A DNA stretch of 61,324 bases, filler included, from Dirinaria sp. TL-2023a (lineage: Eukaryota), in assembly GCA_051941275.1 (NCBI GenBank). It is 5 parts of 5 records of this genome, joined end to end, with 100 filler letters (N's around TTAATTAATTAA, not from the genome) between each part and the next. Parts side by side here need not be neighbours in the genome. Positions count along the whole stretch, not along the records: positions 1 to 12,203 come from JAVEBF010000784.1; positions 12,304 to 24,501 come from JAVEBF010000785.1; 3 more parts are not named here. One strand, given 5' to 3'. The position numbers and the translations under genes are program-made. How positions within the stretch are numbered: the first letter of the stretch is position 1; every line of letters starts with the position of its first letter. Below, one piece after another: positions 1-12,550 of this stretch. A model generated the notes under the pieces. That model was not told the DNA's origin. It searched no databases and saw nothing but the letters and a program-made list of their open reading frames with translations.

Positions 1-1437
<1,437 letters not shown>

Positions 1438-2077
1438 TCAAGGAAGCAGATTGAGTAGTAAAGGAGTGCCTTAGGAAATAACAGGTATCGAGGATCAATT
1501 GAATGATTGCAAGACAGGAGTGCAGGGAGAGATGCGAAGACTTTCCCTACCATTTAATACGGGTTCTGCCAGGATTTCTAATTATTTCACCTTCGCCTGA
1601 GCTCCGGGTAGTTTCGATGGCGGGATCAAAGAAATGACGTTGAGATGATGCGCTGCCGCCGCTACTTACCGGGCCCATTTGCCGATGGATGACTGTGCAG
1701 AATTCAGGAACACAAACATACATGGAGAGATACCTAAGATGATGTCGGATGGTCATTATTCGGCAACAAATCCGTTTCCTGGGACCTCCTCGGAACGTAT
1801 GCATGTAGATAAGGTAGTATTGCTGATTTTACGGAATATTGGTCATCACCTTAGCTACCTCAGTTCTGGGTTTCGATTCCTCAACCCGAGGTTAAAGTAA
1901 TGTATAGCTTGGATCAGAAGATTGGTTCCAGCAATTGAGAACACCATCAACCTAGGCGGGGCCTAGTACACAGATGGCTACGTGGACTGGTCGTGGTCGG
2001 CTGGCAGATCGGTTTGCGATAAGCTGTGGTATTGTTCTTGACCTTGAGTCTGGTGTTGTGAGGGAAAAGAGCGAGCG

Positions 2078-3829
2078 CTACCAGCCTGCAACTTCATTCA
2101 TTCGAACTATCAAACCCCCTCTCGGCTTCGCTGTGATACCTCCGGAGATGTCCAATGATACGTCCGGGTCCCGTAATTCCATCTCGAATCTGCCAACCAA
2201 ACTGGCCAATAAACATGAGAACTCCGCCTTAGCGAAGGCTTGCCCGATACAACTCCGGGGTCCATGTAAGAATGTCAAAAAACTGTAGTTGCTTTCCGCG
2301 CCGCCACTGTTAGCCCTTCCGGGCCCCATCCAGCGATCAGGATTGAAGTTCGCGGCATCTTCGCCCCACAGCTCTTTGGAGTAGTGTACGGCCCATGGGC
2401 AAATGACAATCAGTGTGCCAGCAGGGACGAACTGACCCTGGATGCTGGAGTCATGAGCGGCTTCGCGAAGAGTTATCGAGACCGGCGCCCAGACGCGGAG
2501 TACCTCATTGCACACAGCGTTGAGAAAGGGAAGTCTGTCCAGTAGATCGGAAGTGACTGTAGATTCGGCGTCATCGATTGAAGGCAAGCAATTGCGAATC
2601 TCTTCACGCAATCGAGTTTGATATTCCGGATGCCGGCAGAGAAGGTAAACAGCCCAAAGCATAGCTGTAGCTGTCGTCTCGTGTCCCGCCGCGAGGAAAG
2701 TCATGCACTGGTCAACAAGATTGTCGTCGGTGAAACCGCCAGATTCGAGAGCGACCGAGATGATGTCCTTGCCACCTTCTTTTCGTGCAAGTTTCTCTTT
2801 CTTCTGTTCAATTAATTGCCGGCAGACTCTTCGGATCGAGGCAATGGCAGTTCGCATCTCATCGTTTCGTTTCACTGGGAGGCTCCGTATAATCCAGAAA
2901 GGCAAGAAGAAAGTCATGATTCCGAGGGTCCGAGCTTGCTTGTTTGGTTGAAAAATGGATCGATATACCGATGCAAGCTCAGCATCGGGGTTTTGTATTG
3001 CTTGGAAGTCTTGACCCATCCCGGCTAAACCGATGATGTCGAGCGTCGCGCGGCTCGCCCAGTGACCGAACTCGATAGATGGAGCTTTTTTGGACTCGGC
3101 CGTAGCTTGCTCTCTTTCTGCTTGTAAGGCGGACTGTATTGCTCTCACCATCTCGCCAGACTTCGACCAAAAAATGGGATACAGATCCTTAATATGCCTA
3201 AAGGCAAAGGCTGGCGTGAGGTTTTTTCGTTGGCGCTGGTTAAGGCTGTTAGGGATTCTCCCTTCTTGTGGATTCTCTTACGCCGTACCTTGTGTTCATC
3301 GCCCTCGGCCAACAAGACACCAACGCCCAAAAGCCGTGCTATACTTTGCCTGACGCTACGAGGCTTGATGAAATCATAGCTCTTCTGGGACAGGACTTCT
3401 GCGAGCGCCTTCGGGCTTGTGGGCATCAGCCGGCTTGCGTTTCCGAGGTGAGTATAATGAATAAGGCCGTCATTGGGAACCTCGTTGATCCATCTCTGCA
3501 TAGGCACACCGGACGGTTCTTTGATTATCGCCCGGAAATGGCCGTAGAAGGGGTTTGCTCCCTAAGGTGGAATCCCCAGTCAGCAGTCGAGTCGGTGAGC
3601 AAGGCCAGCCCAAAAAACCTACAGCTGGAGAGGGTAGATGGCGTAAAGGGTTGAAGAATCTCGGATAGATGAACACAGACCACAGCAATCCCATGCAGCT
3701 CTGCACCAGAAAGAGCGACAAAAAAGCTCGGAGATACGACGCCGATATAGACCATTGTGGAACGAACTGGACACACAGTACGGAGCCAGCAACGGCAGTG
3801 AGCGCGATGGTATTCCACGGGATAGCCAT
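2078..3829 (-). CDS. Cytochrome P450 monooxygenase, 3 exons
   Basis: N-terminal membrane anchor, I-helix AAGHETT, ExxR (EVLR), PDRW and heme motif FLHGPRSCIG. Two GT-AG introns (~3236-3289 and ~3563-3622) restore one frame. Confidence 0.95.
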
Positions 3830-4377
3830 AACTTTCTAGATCTTGAGGATGCACTCTTTCGAGATACCTTAAAAATAATAAACGCTTGCTCGAAAAACGT
3901 ATAATTAACAGAGAATCCGAATGGAAGGATCATTTAAAATGCAGAAAAAGCACAAAAGGTGCTGCCTGTGCCGAGGCATATCCAAAACACAACATCGAGT
4001 CGCTGACTCGTATCACCTTGATGACGGTATTCTGTTCGAAGCTCGCAAGCGGTCAAGCTTGACTGTTGCTCCGCCGCCGCCGGCGTAATCCTTTGGGGAG
4101 GGGCATATCGGGCAAACAATTGGCCTTCTTGGCATGCCGAACGATGAATTGCCTCGGCAGTATCTAGTGCTGCGAGATCAGGCTTACCTTAGGGTTTTGT
4201 CCAGAGTATCACCAAGAACAGGATCGGAGCCGACTGCAATTCTACTCGTAGCGGCTCCAAAAAAGCTCTCATGTACATAAGCCCAACACTACGTTACACT
4301 ACGTTACACTGGCGTAAGGTATTTGTACTCGTACCATCATTGTTGCTGCTCGTCCATCTGTTGCCCACTTCATTCCT

Positions 4378-6093
4378 TCACTCCGTCGCGTTCTCGCCAA
4401 CCCCGTCCCCCACCCACATCCTCCTTAACATGGCATGCTCACTATCCTTTTCATCTTCGTCATCTTCCTCCCCCCTTCCGACTTCGAACCTCACCCTTCC
4501 CCGACTAGACGGCCTACTCTCCACGCTTTTCCCTACACTTCCTACCTTTCCCTCCCGCGTTTCCCTCTTATCCCGATCTCCCTTCCCGTCCCTTTTACCA
4601 CCGATTAAACCCCTTGTCTCCAACCTCTTCACAGCTTTCGCAAACACATCCTCAAAGCGCTGCGCGTTCCTCAGCTCCCTTTCCGCCTGCGCATACTGTT
4701 TCCGACGTCTTTCCAGTTGGTTCTCTGTGCCTCCAGCACCATCGACACCGACTTGGGAATTGGAACCCAGGAGATTGGTTGGCGCAGATTTCTTGGCTGC
4801 ATCATGATTGACGGGGTTCATGCGCTGAAGGTCGAGCTTCAGCTGGGTCATGGATTTGGAAGGCGCCTTGGGCGTCGGGGGATCGAAGGGTGAAGCACGC
4901 AATCTGCGACCATGGCGGGGACGAGGCGAAGGCGGGGACGAGGAATGTGACAAGGATGCGTTAAGGCCAGAGTGTGTGAGATTAGCGGCTGATTGGGCGC
5001 GGCGAGCCGCTTGACGGTGGCTGGATGGGGGGGATGAAGTGGGCGAACGTGATCTTCTATGCTGTTCTTGATGGAGAGCCGCAAGCGTAGATTGAAGGTG
5101 CGATATCGAAGCTGACGCGGCACTGCCAGATCCAGAGGAGCCGGTGGGATGAAGAAAGCGGGAAATGCCGTCTGGCGGTAGAGAAGGATCCGTGGGGTTG
5201 GAGGCTGAGCCGTGATTTATGCCTGCAAAAGCGGGAGACGCATTGGAGCCGGTGGGAGTTATGGTAGCAGAAATAGAGGATAGGTGCGGTGTCGCATTGT
5301 GCTTACTTAGGATGCGCGATGTCACGGCTCCTGCGTTTGGCGGGCGATTGTCGTGGGTTAGAGGCTGCCGTTGCTGTGGAGAACGGCCGTGCGCGAACTC
5401 AAGATTTTGCGCTGGCGGAGACTGAGGCGGTGAATGAGGCAGATTCGGTGGGGAACGTCCAGGTGGATCGTCTGGGGATGGTAGATCGGCAGGTTGGGGC
5501 AGCTTCTGAACAATAGGAGCCTGCAGCATCACCTCAGGCGTTGGGCTTTCCTCGGTCCACTCTTCGTCCTGGCAGTCGCTCCCCACGGAGAACTTGGGTT
5601 GCGCTTTCGATGTTCTCTGGTTGTCTCCCCCCTTCTTCACATGGAGCACCTTCTCCGAGCGACCGCCTTTGCCTAGCTTCGCCGCTGAGCCATCGCGGTG
5701 TTGTAGAGCTATACCAGATGAGCTTTTCTTCATCGATGCCTTTGAGCCCGTCCTCGGCAGGCTAAGATATGAACTGCTGTGGTCCATCTGTTGAGTGACC
5801 GGACTTGTAGGAGGCGTCTGCGACTTCCTTCGCACATGGTGTTTCGACGGGGTTTCCTCACTATGCGCCAGACCTTGCTTTGGCAGCCGATTCAGATTCT
5901 TGCCGTATGAAGGCACTCTGCCATGAGGATGTCGGCCATGGCCCACTGCGTGCATTTTATGCAGCCTCTGGGAGGACCCTTTCTGCGACGTTGAGATGAG
6001 GCCCGATGGCGAAGCGCGGGATATAGAGTGCGAAGATGAGTTTCGATCGGTCAATTGAGGTCGCTTGAGGGAGGCGGCGGCGCGCTCAGCCAT
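4378..6093 (-). CDS. TORC1 subunit Tco89-like, intrinsically disordered protein
   Basis: 571-aa single-exon S/P/H-rich ORF. SMTQLKLDLQR followed by helical RRKQYAQAERELRNAQRF resembles the conserved Tco89 block (SRTQQKLWLQR-like). Confidence 0.65.
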   Translation of the reverse strand: MAERAAASLKRPQLTDRNSSSHSISRASPSGLISTSQKGSSQRLHKMHAVGHGRHPHGRVPSYGKNLNRLPKQGLAHSEETPSKHHVRRKSQTPPTSPVTQQMDHSSSYLSLPRTGSKASMKKSSSGIALQHRDGSAAKLGKGGRSEKVLHVKKGGDNQRTSKAQPKFSVGSDCQDEEWTEESPTPEVMLQAPIVQKLPQPADLPSPDDPPGRSPPNLPHSPPQSPPAQNLEFAHGRSPQQRQPLTHDNRPPNAGAVTSRILSKHNATPHLSSISATITPTGSNASPAFAGINHGSASNPTDPSLPPDGISRFLHPTGSSGSGSAASASISHLQSTLAALHQEQHRRSRSPTSSPPSSHRQAARRAQSAANLTHSGLNASLSHSSSPPSPRPRHGRRLRASPFDPPTPKAPSKSMTQLKLDLQRMNPVNHDAAKKSAPTNLLGSNSQVGVDGAGGTENQLERRRKQYAQAERELRNAQRFEDVFAKAVKRLETRGLIGGKRDGKGDRDKRETREGKVGSVGKSVESRPSSRGRVRFEVGRGEEDDEDEKDSEHAMLRRMWVGDGVGENATE

Positions 6094-6686
6094 ATGTAGA
6101 AATAGTTATCGTAAAGAAGGTTGCTGAGGGCGGCGGAGCTGAAAAATCACGGCTGACGGAAGTAGGGAAGAAGACGGGAGATTGGTTCTATCGAACTCTC
6201 TACAGGCGGTGGACACTAGAACTCAACGCTGGTATCCAAGTACAAGCATCCGTCTAGTTGATGAACATGGCGATTATGAGTCAATTGCTTTGCAAAGTCA
6301 TACTCACACTCGCGGTGAAGCGTGGGACATTGGAAGGAACGCTCAAAAGGTGGCGCTATGCCCGATAGGGCCCAGCCAATCAGGGGCTGCTCTCGGCCAG
6401 AGTGCTCACTGCCCCTCGTGCCCTTTCATGGTCCCTTGGGTATGCCGATGGAACCCGAGTAAGGTAAGATCTTTAAGGTACCTCTCTATCGAACTACTTT
6501 ACATACAACATAAATCTTGTATAAGAATCAGTGCATATAGGGTAAACGAGAAAAAATGGTGCTTTTCTCTGCGTGCTATTATTCAACCCGTTCACATTCT
6601 TCCGAACGACTCATGCTCATAAAGTAGCCCTAGATTTGAGACCCGCCAACGCCGTCGCTTGTCATTGATCCCATAGATGAGAGATC

Positions 6687-9600
6687 TCAGTAGACTTCCA
6701 GCACGTATCTTGATAGATCCTTTAGCTTGTCGATCTCCTTCCTTGGATCGACCTTTTTCCCCACCGACCTTGCATCCCGGCCAATGGCTTCCTCAAGCAC
6801 ATTCGTTACGTCTGGCACTGGCCATGTCGGCCCGCAGAGATAGAACGCGCCATCCTCTTTGATATACGCTCGGATGATATCGTTCATCGTCTCTCGCATT
6901 CTATCTTGGATATAGATTTTTTGGGGCTGGTCACGAGAAAAAGCCCGACCGAGCAGCGTGATGATGCCGGCATCCTGATAGGCCTCCCACTCCTCCCCAT
7001 AGCAGTACTCTTCGCGTTGGTGCCGTGAACCCATGTACAACAGCACGGAGCCGATCTCTTTGCCCTGTTGCCTCTCCCACGCGCGATGCTGGACGAAAGC
7101 ACGGAAAGGTGCCAACCCGGTGCCAAGGCCGGCCATGATCAATGGCTGAGTTGATTGCGGTGGTAACTTCATGACGCTGGGTTTGACGGAGACAACAACT
7201 TCATCACCGATCCTCAAGCTGTTCAGATACCTCGTTGCTTGACCCCATCGATCACGTTTTCTTGGGTCGACCCAGCCCACAACGACAATCATCAGTGCTA
7301 CGCTGGTCGGAGTCACCTTTTGGCACGATGCTATGGAATATTCCCTGCGCTTCATGGGGGCGACAATCCGAACGATGTCATGGAAGCTTGGATGCGCCGA
7401 TGGGAATTCGAGTAAGATATCTGCGTAGGTCACGGTGTCGACCTCGGCCCTACGTTTGAATTCGACTGCACCTTCTGAGCCACCCAGCGCCCGAAGTTCC
7501 TTTTCCTCCTTAGGATTATCAGCGAACTCCGCCAGAGCCTCGTAAAAGCGCTTTGGAGGGCGACCGAAGATATCGATGTTTTGCATCAAAGATTGGAACA
7601 CGGTGCGATTCTCGAGTACATTCGCATCCTCTCGACTAGGCACTTCCACAACCTCCTCGGGATCAAGTTTATAGAATTTCATGAATTCCATGACTTCCGT
7701 CTTGTCGTTTTGCGCATGCACACCCAATGCTTCTCCGATATCGTATGTCAAACCCGAGTCGCCAAGGTCAAATTCGATATGGAAAATGTTGCGCTCATAT
7801 GTCATGGGTGTGAGCCGACGATTCTCTTTAACGCGGACTCGGTATGTCTTAACAGCGATGTCAGGACGTACTAAGGGCTTTGTGCCATATGCCTCTTTGA
7901 ACGCCAAGCCTTTGGCTGCTGTCCGCCAATCTCGAAGATAGGTTGGTGGTTCGTGCTCGGATTTGTCGTAGGCAATGTAACTGTTGATGCTGATGTCCGT
8001 GGCTAGCCGGAGAGGATCCGCGTCGGTCTCTAGACTGGTCCACTCCTTGGGAATCTCGATTTCGCGTAGGGTATGGTCGAGCGATTTTGCAGCCTTTTCG
8101 AGAGACACAGTGGATGCACCAATATTGGCAAGCTTCTCCAATGCGATCTTCTCTAACGTGGACAGACCTACGCGCAGAAAAGCGACTTGTAACAAGTAAA
8201 TCTCAGACGCTGGTTCGGTGATGATTTCTTCCACGGCTGCTGTGTCGAGGATAAATAATTCGGCGCCTTTCGCAGCGACTGCCCTGCGAAAATTCACGGG
8301 CAACTTTCCTTCGAGCTCATCGTCTTTCACGCCCGGGTATTTCAGCAGAATCCTGCCGCCACTTTTAAGGCTATTAAGTACATCGTAGTGCTTTAGTAGA
8401 CTCTGATCGCTCACAACAATCAAGTCCGCAGTATCGATTGAGTGATTTCCTTTGATGGTTTTCTTGGATCTTCGGATATCTGTACGAGAGACGCCACCTT
8501 CTGTCAAATTATCGTATTTTTTATTGAGCGCGATATGGTGCGAGGAATCCTTCGCTAGAGCTTGGCCCAGGATTGTCGATGCATCGGCAGCTGGTGAATC
8601 GTCCAGTTCCCAAAATATGAAATGCTGTATATGTGATATATCGATTGATTGCTGGAACAATTGCAGATGATTCTCCTGTGAGGTGCTGCTATCACGTGGC
8701 AGGTGAAGGATCGGATTCGGACTGAGTAATTGAAAAGCCGCAGCTATGGAAACTGGTGTCCAAACCTCTTCCCTGGGGTACTTGATGTCAATGACTTCCG
8801 GCACAGGAACAACGTGGTCCGACATAAGTAAAGTCGCAGCAACGTCGTTGTAAAGATTTGAGCGAACGTTGGGATCGGACGCAGAATTTGAATCGTGAAC
8901 CTGGCCCAACACACCGAAAGCTTTGACTGACTTGGGGATGGTAGCCAAAAACTCCGACTCAATGAAAGGCCTGTACACTCGGACAGCGATAAGCCCGACT
9001 TTAGCGCCTCTTGTCGACAAAGCACTGGCGACTTCGGAGCCCAGTGTAGCTTCTACGGATCCAAAAACGACCAAGACAAGGTCGGGTTCTTGATGACCGA
9101 AGTATTCGAATGGTTTGTAAACAGTACCTAATTCTTCATTCAGTGCATCCAATGCACGAACGACTTTTGAGTCCAAAGTTGCCTTCTTCAGATCAGGATC
9201 GCTCATGGCAGGTAGGATTGCTGTGTATGCGTTGTGAAGGCCATTGAAATCCCAAGAATCCACGAGCCGCATCGTCTCGCGGGCTACATGTATGCCGTCG
9301 TAGATGTGCACCGTGGGCACTAAGCTCGCGAGCAAAGTCGCGAACAGAGCCATGTGTTGCGATTCGTGGCCTGAGAACGTAGCGACCATGCCAAAGCCTA
9401 ACTCGTCTGCTACCGTTGTAGCCGTGATATAGTCAGCCACTAATTTCGAAGAAACAGGTGCATAGTCGACTGCCGCGATGTGTAGAACGCACGGGCTGGC
9501 AACCCTATTCAGAAGAGACAACTGCTCGAGGGAAGGTCGGAGGAAGGTCAACGCAGAAGCGGATGCTAGGATTGACTGAGGTACATGACGCTTTCTGAAA

Positions 9601-9974
9601 TCAAAGTCGGGGGAGAAAATGCACCCGAGGGTGGCTGATCCCGCTCCATGTCGAATTTGCATCGGCTCGACACGAGGTTGATAGCCATACGCATTGTTGA
9701 TCATTTCTCCTTTCCAACTCTTTACCATTTGGTCAAGATCGAAGCTCTCCGATGAAAAGGTCCATATCCAGCTGGAAAGGGCATAAGCGACTTGCTGCAC
9801 CACCACTTGAGCGGTGACATAGGAAGGACCAGTAATTGCCGTGGGGCCAATTGATTGTTCAAAAGGCCCACATATTACCCTTTCTCTTCTTAGCCTTTCG
9901 TATATATCCTCAGGCCTAGGCTTCGTCTTGTCATCCCCGGTTAGGCCGTCAACCACAAATTCTTGTACCGGCAT
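6687..9974 (-). CDS. MET10: Sulfite reductase [NADPH] flavoprotein (alpha) subunit
   Basis: 1095-aa intronless ORF with PFOR-like N-terminal domains and an FNR module: RREYSIASCQ, IMAGLGTGLAPFRAF, AFSRDQPQKIYIQDR, FYLCGP, C-terminal RYVLEVY. Confidence 0.95.
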   Translation of the reverse strand: MPVQEFVVDGLTGDDKTKPRPEDIYERLRRERVICGPFEQSIGPTAITGPSYVTAQVVVQQVAYALSSWIWTFSSESFDLDQMVKSWKGEMINNAYGYQPRVEPMQIRHGAGSATLGCIFSPDFDFRKRHVPQSILASASALTFLRPSLEQLSLLNRVASPCVLHIAAVDYAPVSSKLVADYITATTVADELGFGMVATFSGHESQHMALFATLLASLVPTVHIYDGIHVARETMRLVDSWDFNGLHNAYTAILPAMSDPDLKKATLDSKVVRALDALNEELGTVYKPFEYFGHQEPDLVLVVFGSVEATLGSEVASALSTRGAKVGLIAVRVYRPFIESEFLATIPKSVKAFGVLGQVHDSNSASDPNVRSNLYNDVAATLLMSDHVVPVPEVIDIKYPREEVWTPVSIAAAFQLLSPNPILHLPRDSSTSQENHLQLFQQSIDISHIQHFIFWELDDSPAADASTILGQALAKDSSHHIALNKKYDNLTEGGVSRTDIRRSKKTIKGNHSIDTADLIVVSDQSLLKHYDVLNSLKSGGRILLKYPGVKDDELEGKLPVNFRRAVAAKGAELFILDTAAVEEIITEPASEIYLLQVAFLRVGLSTLEKIALEKLANIGASTVSLEKAAKSLDHTLREIEIPKEWTSLETDADPLRLATDISINSYIAYDKSEHEPPTYLRDWRTAAKGLAFKEAYGTKPLVRPDIAVKTYRVRVKENRRLTPMTYERNIFHIEFDLGDSGLTYDIGEALGVHAQNDKTEVMEFMKFYKLDPEEVVEVPSREDANVLENRTVFQSLMQNIDIFGRPPKRFYEALAEFADNPKEEKELRALGGSEGAVEFKRRAEVDTVTYADILLEFPSAHPSFHDIVRIVAPMKRREYSIASCQKVTPTSVALMIVVVGWVDPRKRDRWGQATRYLNSLRIGDEVVVSVKPSVMKLPPQSTQPLIMAGLGTGLAPFRAFVQHRAWERQQGKEIGSVLLYMGSRHQREEYCYGEEWEAYQDAGIITLLGRAFSRDQPQKIYIQDRMRETMNDIIRAYIKEDGAFYLCGPTWPVPDVTNVLEEAIGRDARSVGKKVDPRKEIDKLKDLSRYVLEVY

Positions 9975-10205
9975 CTTCGGCGAAAGCGTGAAGCGAAGAC
10001 TTCACGGATTGAGCGCGAAGAGGAAAACTAAAGCAAAGCAAAGAAAGGTAAAAGCTGGAAATCGAGAGTTTGTGGAAAGGCAACGAATGGACGGGATCAC
10101 TAGTCTGTTTCCTTAAGGAAGGAGATTCCACGAAAAAATTCCCCGTAAGACGGCCATGGCATTCATCATTATCATTTGTCACCACCACTGGAAGGAAAAA
10201 AAAAA

Positions 10206-10231
10206 GAGACTAGCGAGACTAGCGAGACTAG
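10206..10231. repeat. Triple 9-bp tandem repeat (GAGACTAGC) in the MET10/FMP52 divergent promoter
   Basis: gagactagc-gagactagc-gagactag read directly from the sequence. Confidence 0.85.
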
Positions 10232-10408
10232 ATCATTGCGTGATTGAGCTAGTATGTTTCGAGATTATCTTATCATATCTCATCTTGCTTGGCACCATCT
10301 CCGGGTGCAAGTACTCGTACAATTCACGAGCTTCCCCCAGCACTACCGTACTTAGTACTGCATCTATCCTATCTCGGTGCTGCCTTACATTTCTGTTCCA
10401 GTTCGATT

Positions 10409-11116
10409 ATGGCAGGGTCACACCCGTCTGCAGCTCTCGTGGGCGGCACTGGACTCGTTGGTTCCCATATTCTTAATACCCTGCTCACGCATCCCCATTC
10501 TCCCCAGACCTATGCTCTAGTACGCCGCTCTCTCCCTAGCTCATCCCCCAATCTCTCCGTAATCGTCAATTCCGACACTGGCACCTGGACAGATAGTCTG
10601 AAGTCGCTTTCACCGCCTCCCAGCATCTTCCTCTCTGCACTAGGCACCTCACGAGCTGCCGCGGGCTCCTTTGTCGCTCAGCGAGCGATAGATTACGATC
10701 TCAACCTGTCTCTCGCTCGCACTGCGAAAGAGTCAGGGGTACAGACATACGTGTTGATTTCTTCCGCTGCTGTTGGACTGAGTTCTCCCTTTCCGTATGC
10801 GAAGATGAAAGCAGAGCTTGAGGACGCAGTCAAGAAACTTGAATTCCCCTACACCGTGATTCTGAAGCCTGGCTTGTTAGTTGGATCACGACAAGAGACC
10901 AGACTAGCGGAAGGCTTCGTGCGAGGCATCGCAAAAGGTCTGGGAGCAATCAGCAAGGGGTGGTTGACGGAATGGTGGGCACAAGATGTCGATATCATCG
11001 CGAGAGCCGCAGTAAGAGCTGGCTGGGAATGTGTGGACGGCAAAAGGGACAAAGGAGTCTGGGTGCTAGAGCAGAGTGACATCGTGAGGATCGGGAAGCA
11101 CGTGGATAAGGAATGA
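10409..11116 (+). CDS. FMP52: Fmp52/TIP30-like NAD(P)-binding Rossmann protein
   Basis: ATG at 10409; motifs LVGGTGLVGSHIL, SALGTSRAAAGS, IDYDLNL, YAKMKAELE and ILKPGLLVGSR. Confidence 0.85.
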   Translation: MAGSHPSAALVGGTGLVGSHILNTLLTHPHSPQTYALVRRSLPSSSPNLSVIVNSDTGTWTDSLKSLSPPPSIFLSALGTSRAAAGSFVAQRAIDYDLNLSLARTAKESGVQTYVLISSAAVGLSSPFPYAKMKAELEDAVKKLEFPYTVILKPGLLVGSRQETRLAEGFVRGIAKGLGAISKGWLTEWWAQDVDIIARAAVRAGWECVDGKRDKGVWVLEQSDIVRIGKHVDKE

Positions 11117-11413
11117 CAATTGACCATTGGACACTGGAAGCTAAGCTCTTCGTTGCTACTCTTGGCTACTGCACGGTTTGGAGATCCCACGAGACAGCGA
11201 CATTCTCGTTGTCTCATATATTTCATTCTCAAGCTTCATCATAATGTCGTCCCGAAACCGCATGCAGCACTCGCAGGTTTGAACCGTCAATGCGCGTCTA
11301 GAAACTTTCCTTTTTAACAATCTATCGCCATCAACCATGTACTAGAACGCAAGATGTCGAGAGTCCGGCAAGTGCATTTATGATAAAAACAAGATCTCAA
11401 GGTTTGCATTGAA

Positions 11414-11848
11414 TCAGCAACTTTCTTTTAACAGAATGATGCTAAAGTCTCGGTTCTGGAGAGCGGAGAAGAGCCAGTTCAGCCGATACGAAATCTTGGA
11501 TCCCTCGTTCATAGTTAAAGAGTGCATACAGTTACGGCCCTCCTCGTCTTTAATATTGCCGATGGCGGACTGTAAATCGACATCCAAAGCTGCGATCGGG
11601 AATTTGAGGTGGCTGGCATGGTTGAAGACGGTGTGAATGGTGCAAACCTGGAGTGGCCTTCCGACCTCGAAACCCGATCAAACATTGTAGGTGCGATATC
11701 TCCTTTGCAAGGCTTTGTATGCCTCTGCTCTTCGGTACGCGATGCCGTTGATAAGGCGACTGATCGGTGAGAAGTTGATGAGATATCTGTCATGCATGTA
11801 TCCCAGAACCAAGAGGAGAAGCTGCTCAGGTAACATGATAAGCGACAT
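11414..11848 (-). pseudogene. Probable decayed F-box protein gene
   Basis: MSLIMLPEQLLLLVLGYMHDRYLINFSPISR resembles an N-terminal F-box. In-frame TGA at 11678-11680 after 56 codons; the frame then stays open to a stop at 11414-11416. Confidence 0.45.
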
Positions 11849-12203
11849 TTTCTTCTGAACATGGAAGAAGCTGGGGATCGTGAGAAATAGATGATGAAGT
11901 GTGTGTGAGTAGTGAGTTGAACCAGCAGTTTCAAATGATGAAAGCCTATCAGAAAGAATGGAGAAGAACGATGATGATGAGCGATGAGGAGGGGTATAAG
12001 TTTCGAGAATCAGAAGTCGAGGTAGATGAACAAATAGCTGTTCAGACAGATGAGAAAAGCAGGTGAGGAAACAAAGAAGGGAAAAAAGTATGGTACTCGT
12101 ACAGCTTACATATAAACATAACTCCCTTCCCCCCCCCCAATCTCTCTCTCTCTCCAAGACCCTCAAAACAAAATCATCTCAACGCCCTCCCTTAACAACA
12201 TCC

Positions 12204-12303
12204 NNNNNNNNNNNNNNNNNNNNNNNNNNNNNNNNNNNNNNNNNNNNTTAATTAATTAANNNNNNNNNNNNNNNNNNNNNNNNNNNNNNNNNNNNNNNNN
12301 NNN
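12204..12303. other. Artificial contig spacer (N44-TTAATTAATTAA-N44)
   Basis: Identical 100-nt spacer occurs four times; the 12-mer gives stops in all six frames. Confidence 0.98.
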
Positions 12304-12550
12304 CGCGCTTTTCGCTACGATCTACCGGAGACAACACAGCAGCATGCCGTACTGAAGTACCTGATATGGCTCACGCCGCCGACAATGATAATACCATAAT
12401 AACAATGCCAGTAGCAGTAAAGTAGCCAGCACCTCCAAAAAGGAACAAATTCTTCACATGCTCTTTCACGTTTTTTTTTTTAAAAAAAACTTCATTATCT
12501 ATTTGATTTTCTTTTTACATGTCATGCTGAATAGAAAGAAAGAAAAAACT

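Noticed and set aside
4271..4807. Long antisense ORFs over TCO89, CCT8, UFD4 and VPS16
   Set aside because: Shadow frames produced by GC-rich or skewed codon usage of the real genes.
12248..12259. TTAATTAATTAA recurring every ~12.3 kb as a biological periodic element
   Set aside because: Always centred in exactly 44+44 Ns; a synthetic six-frame-stop linker.
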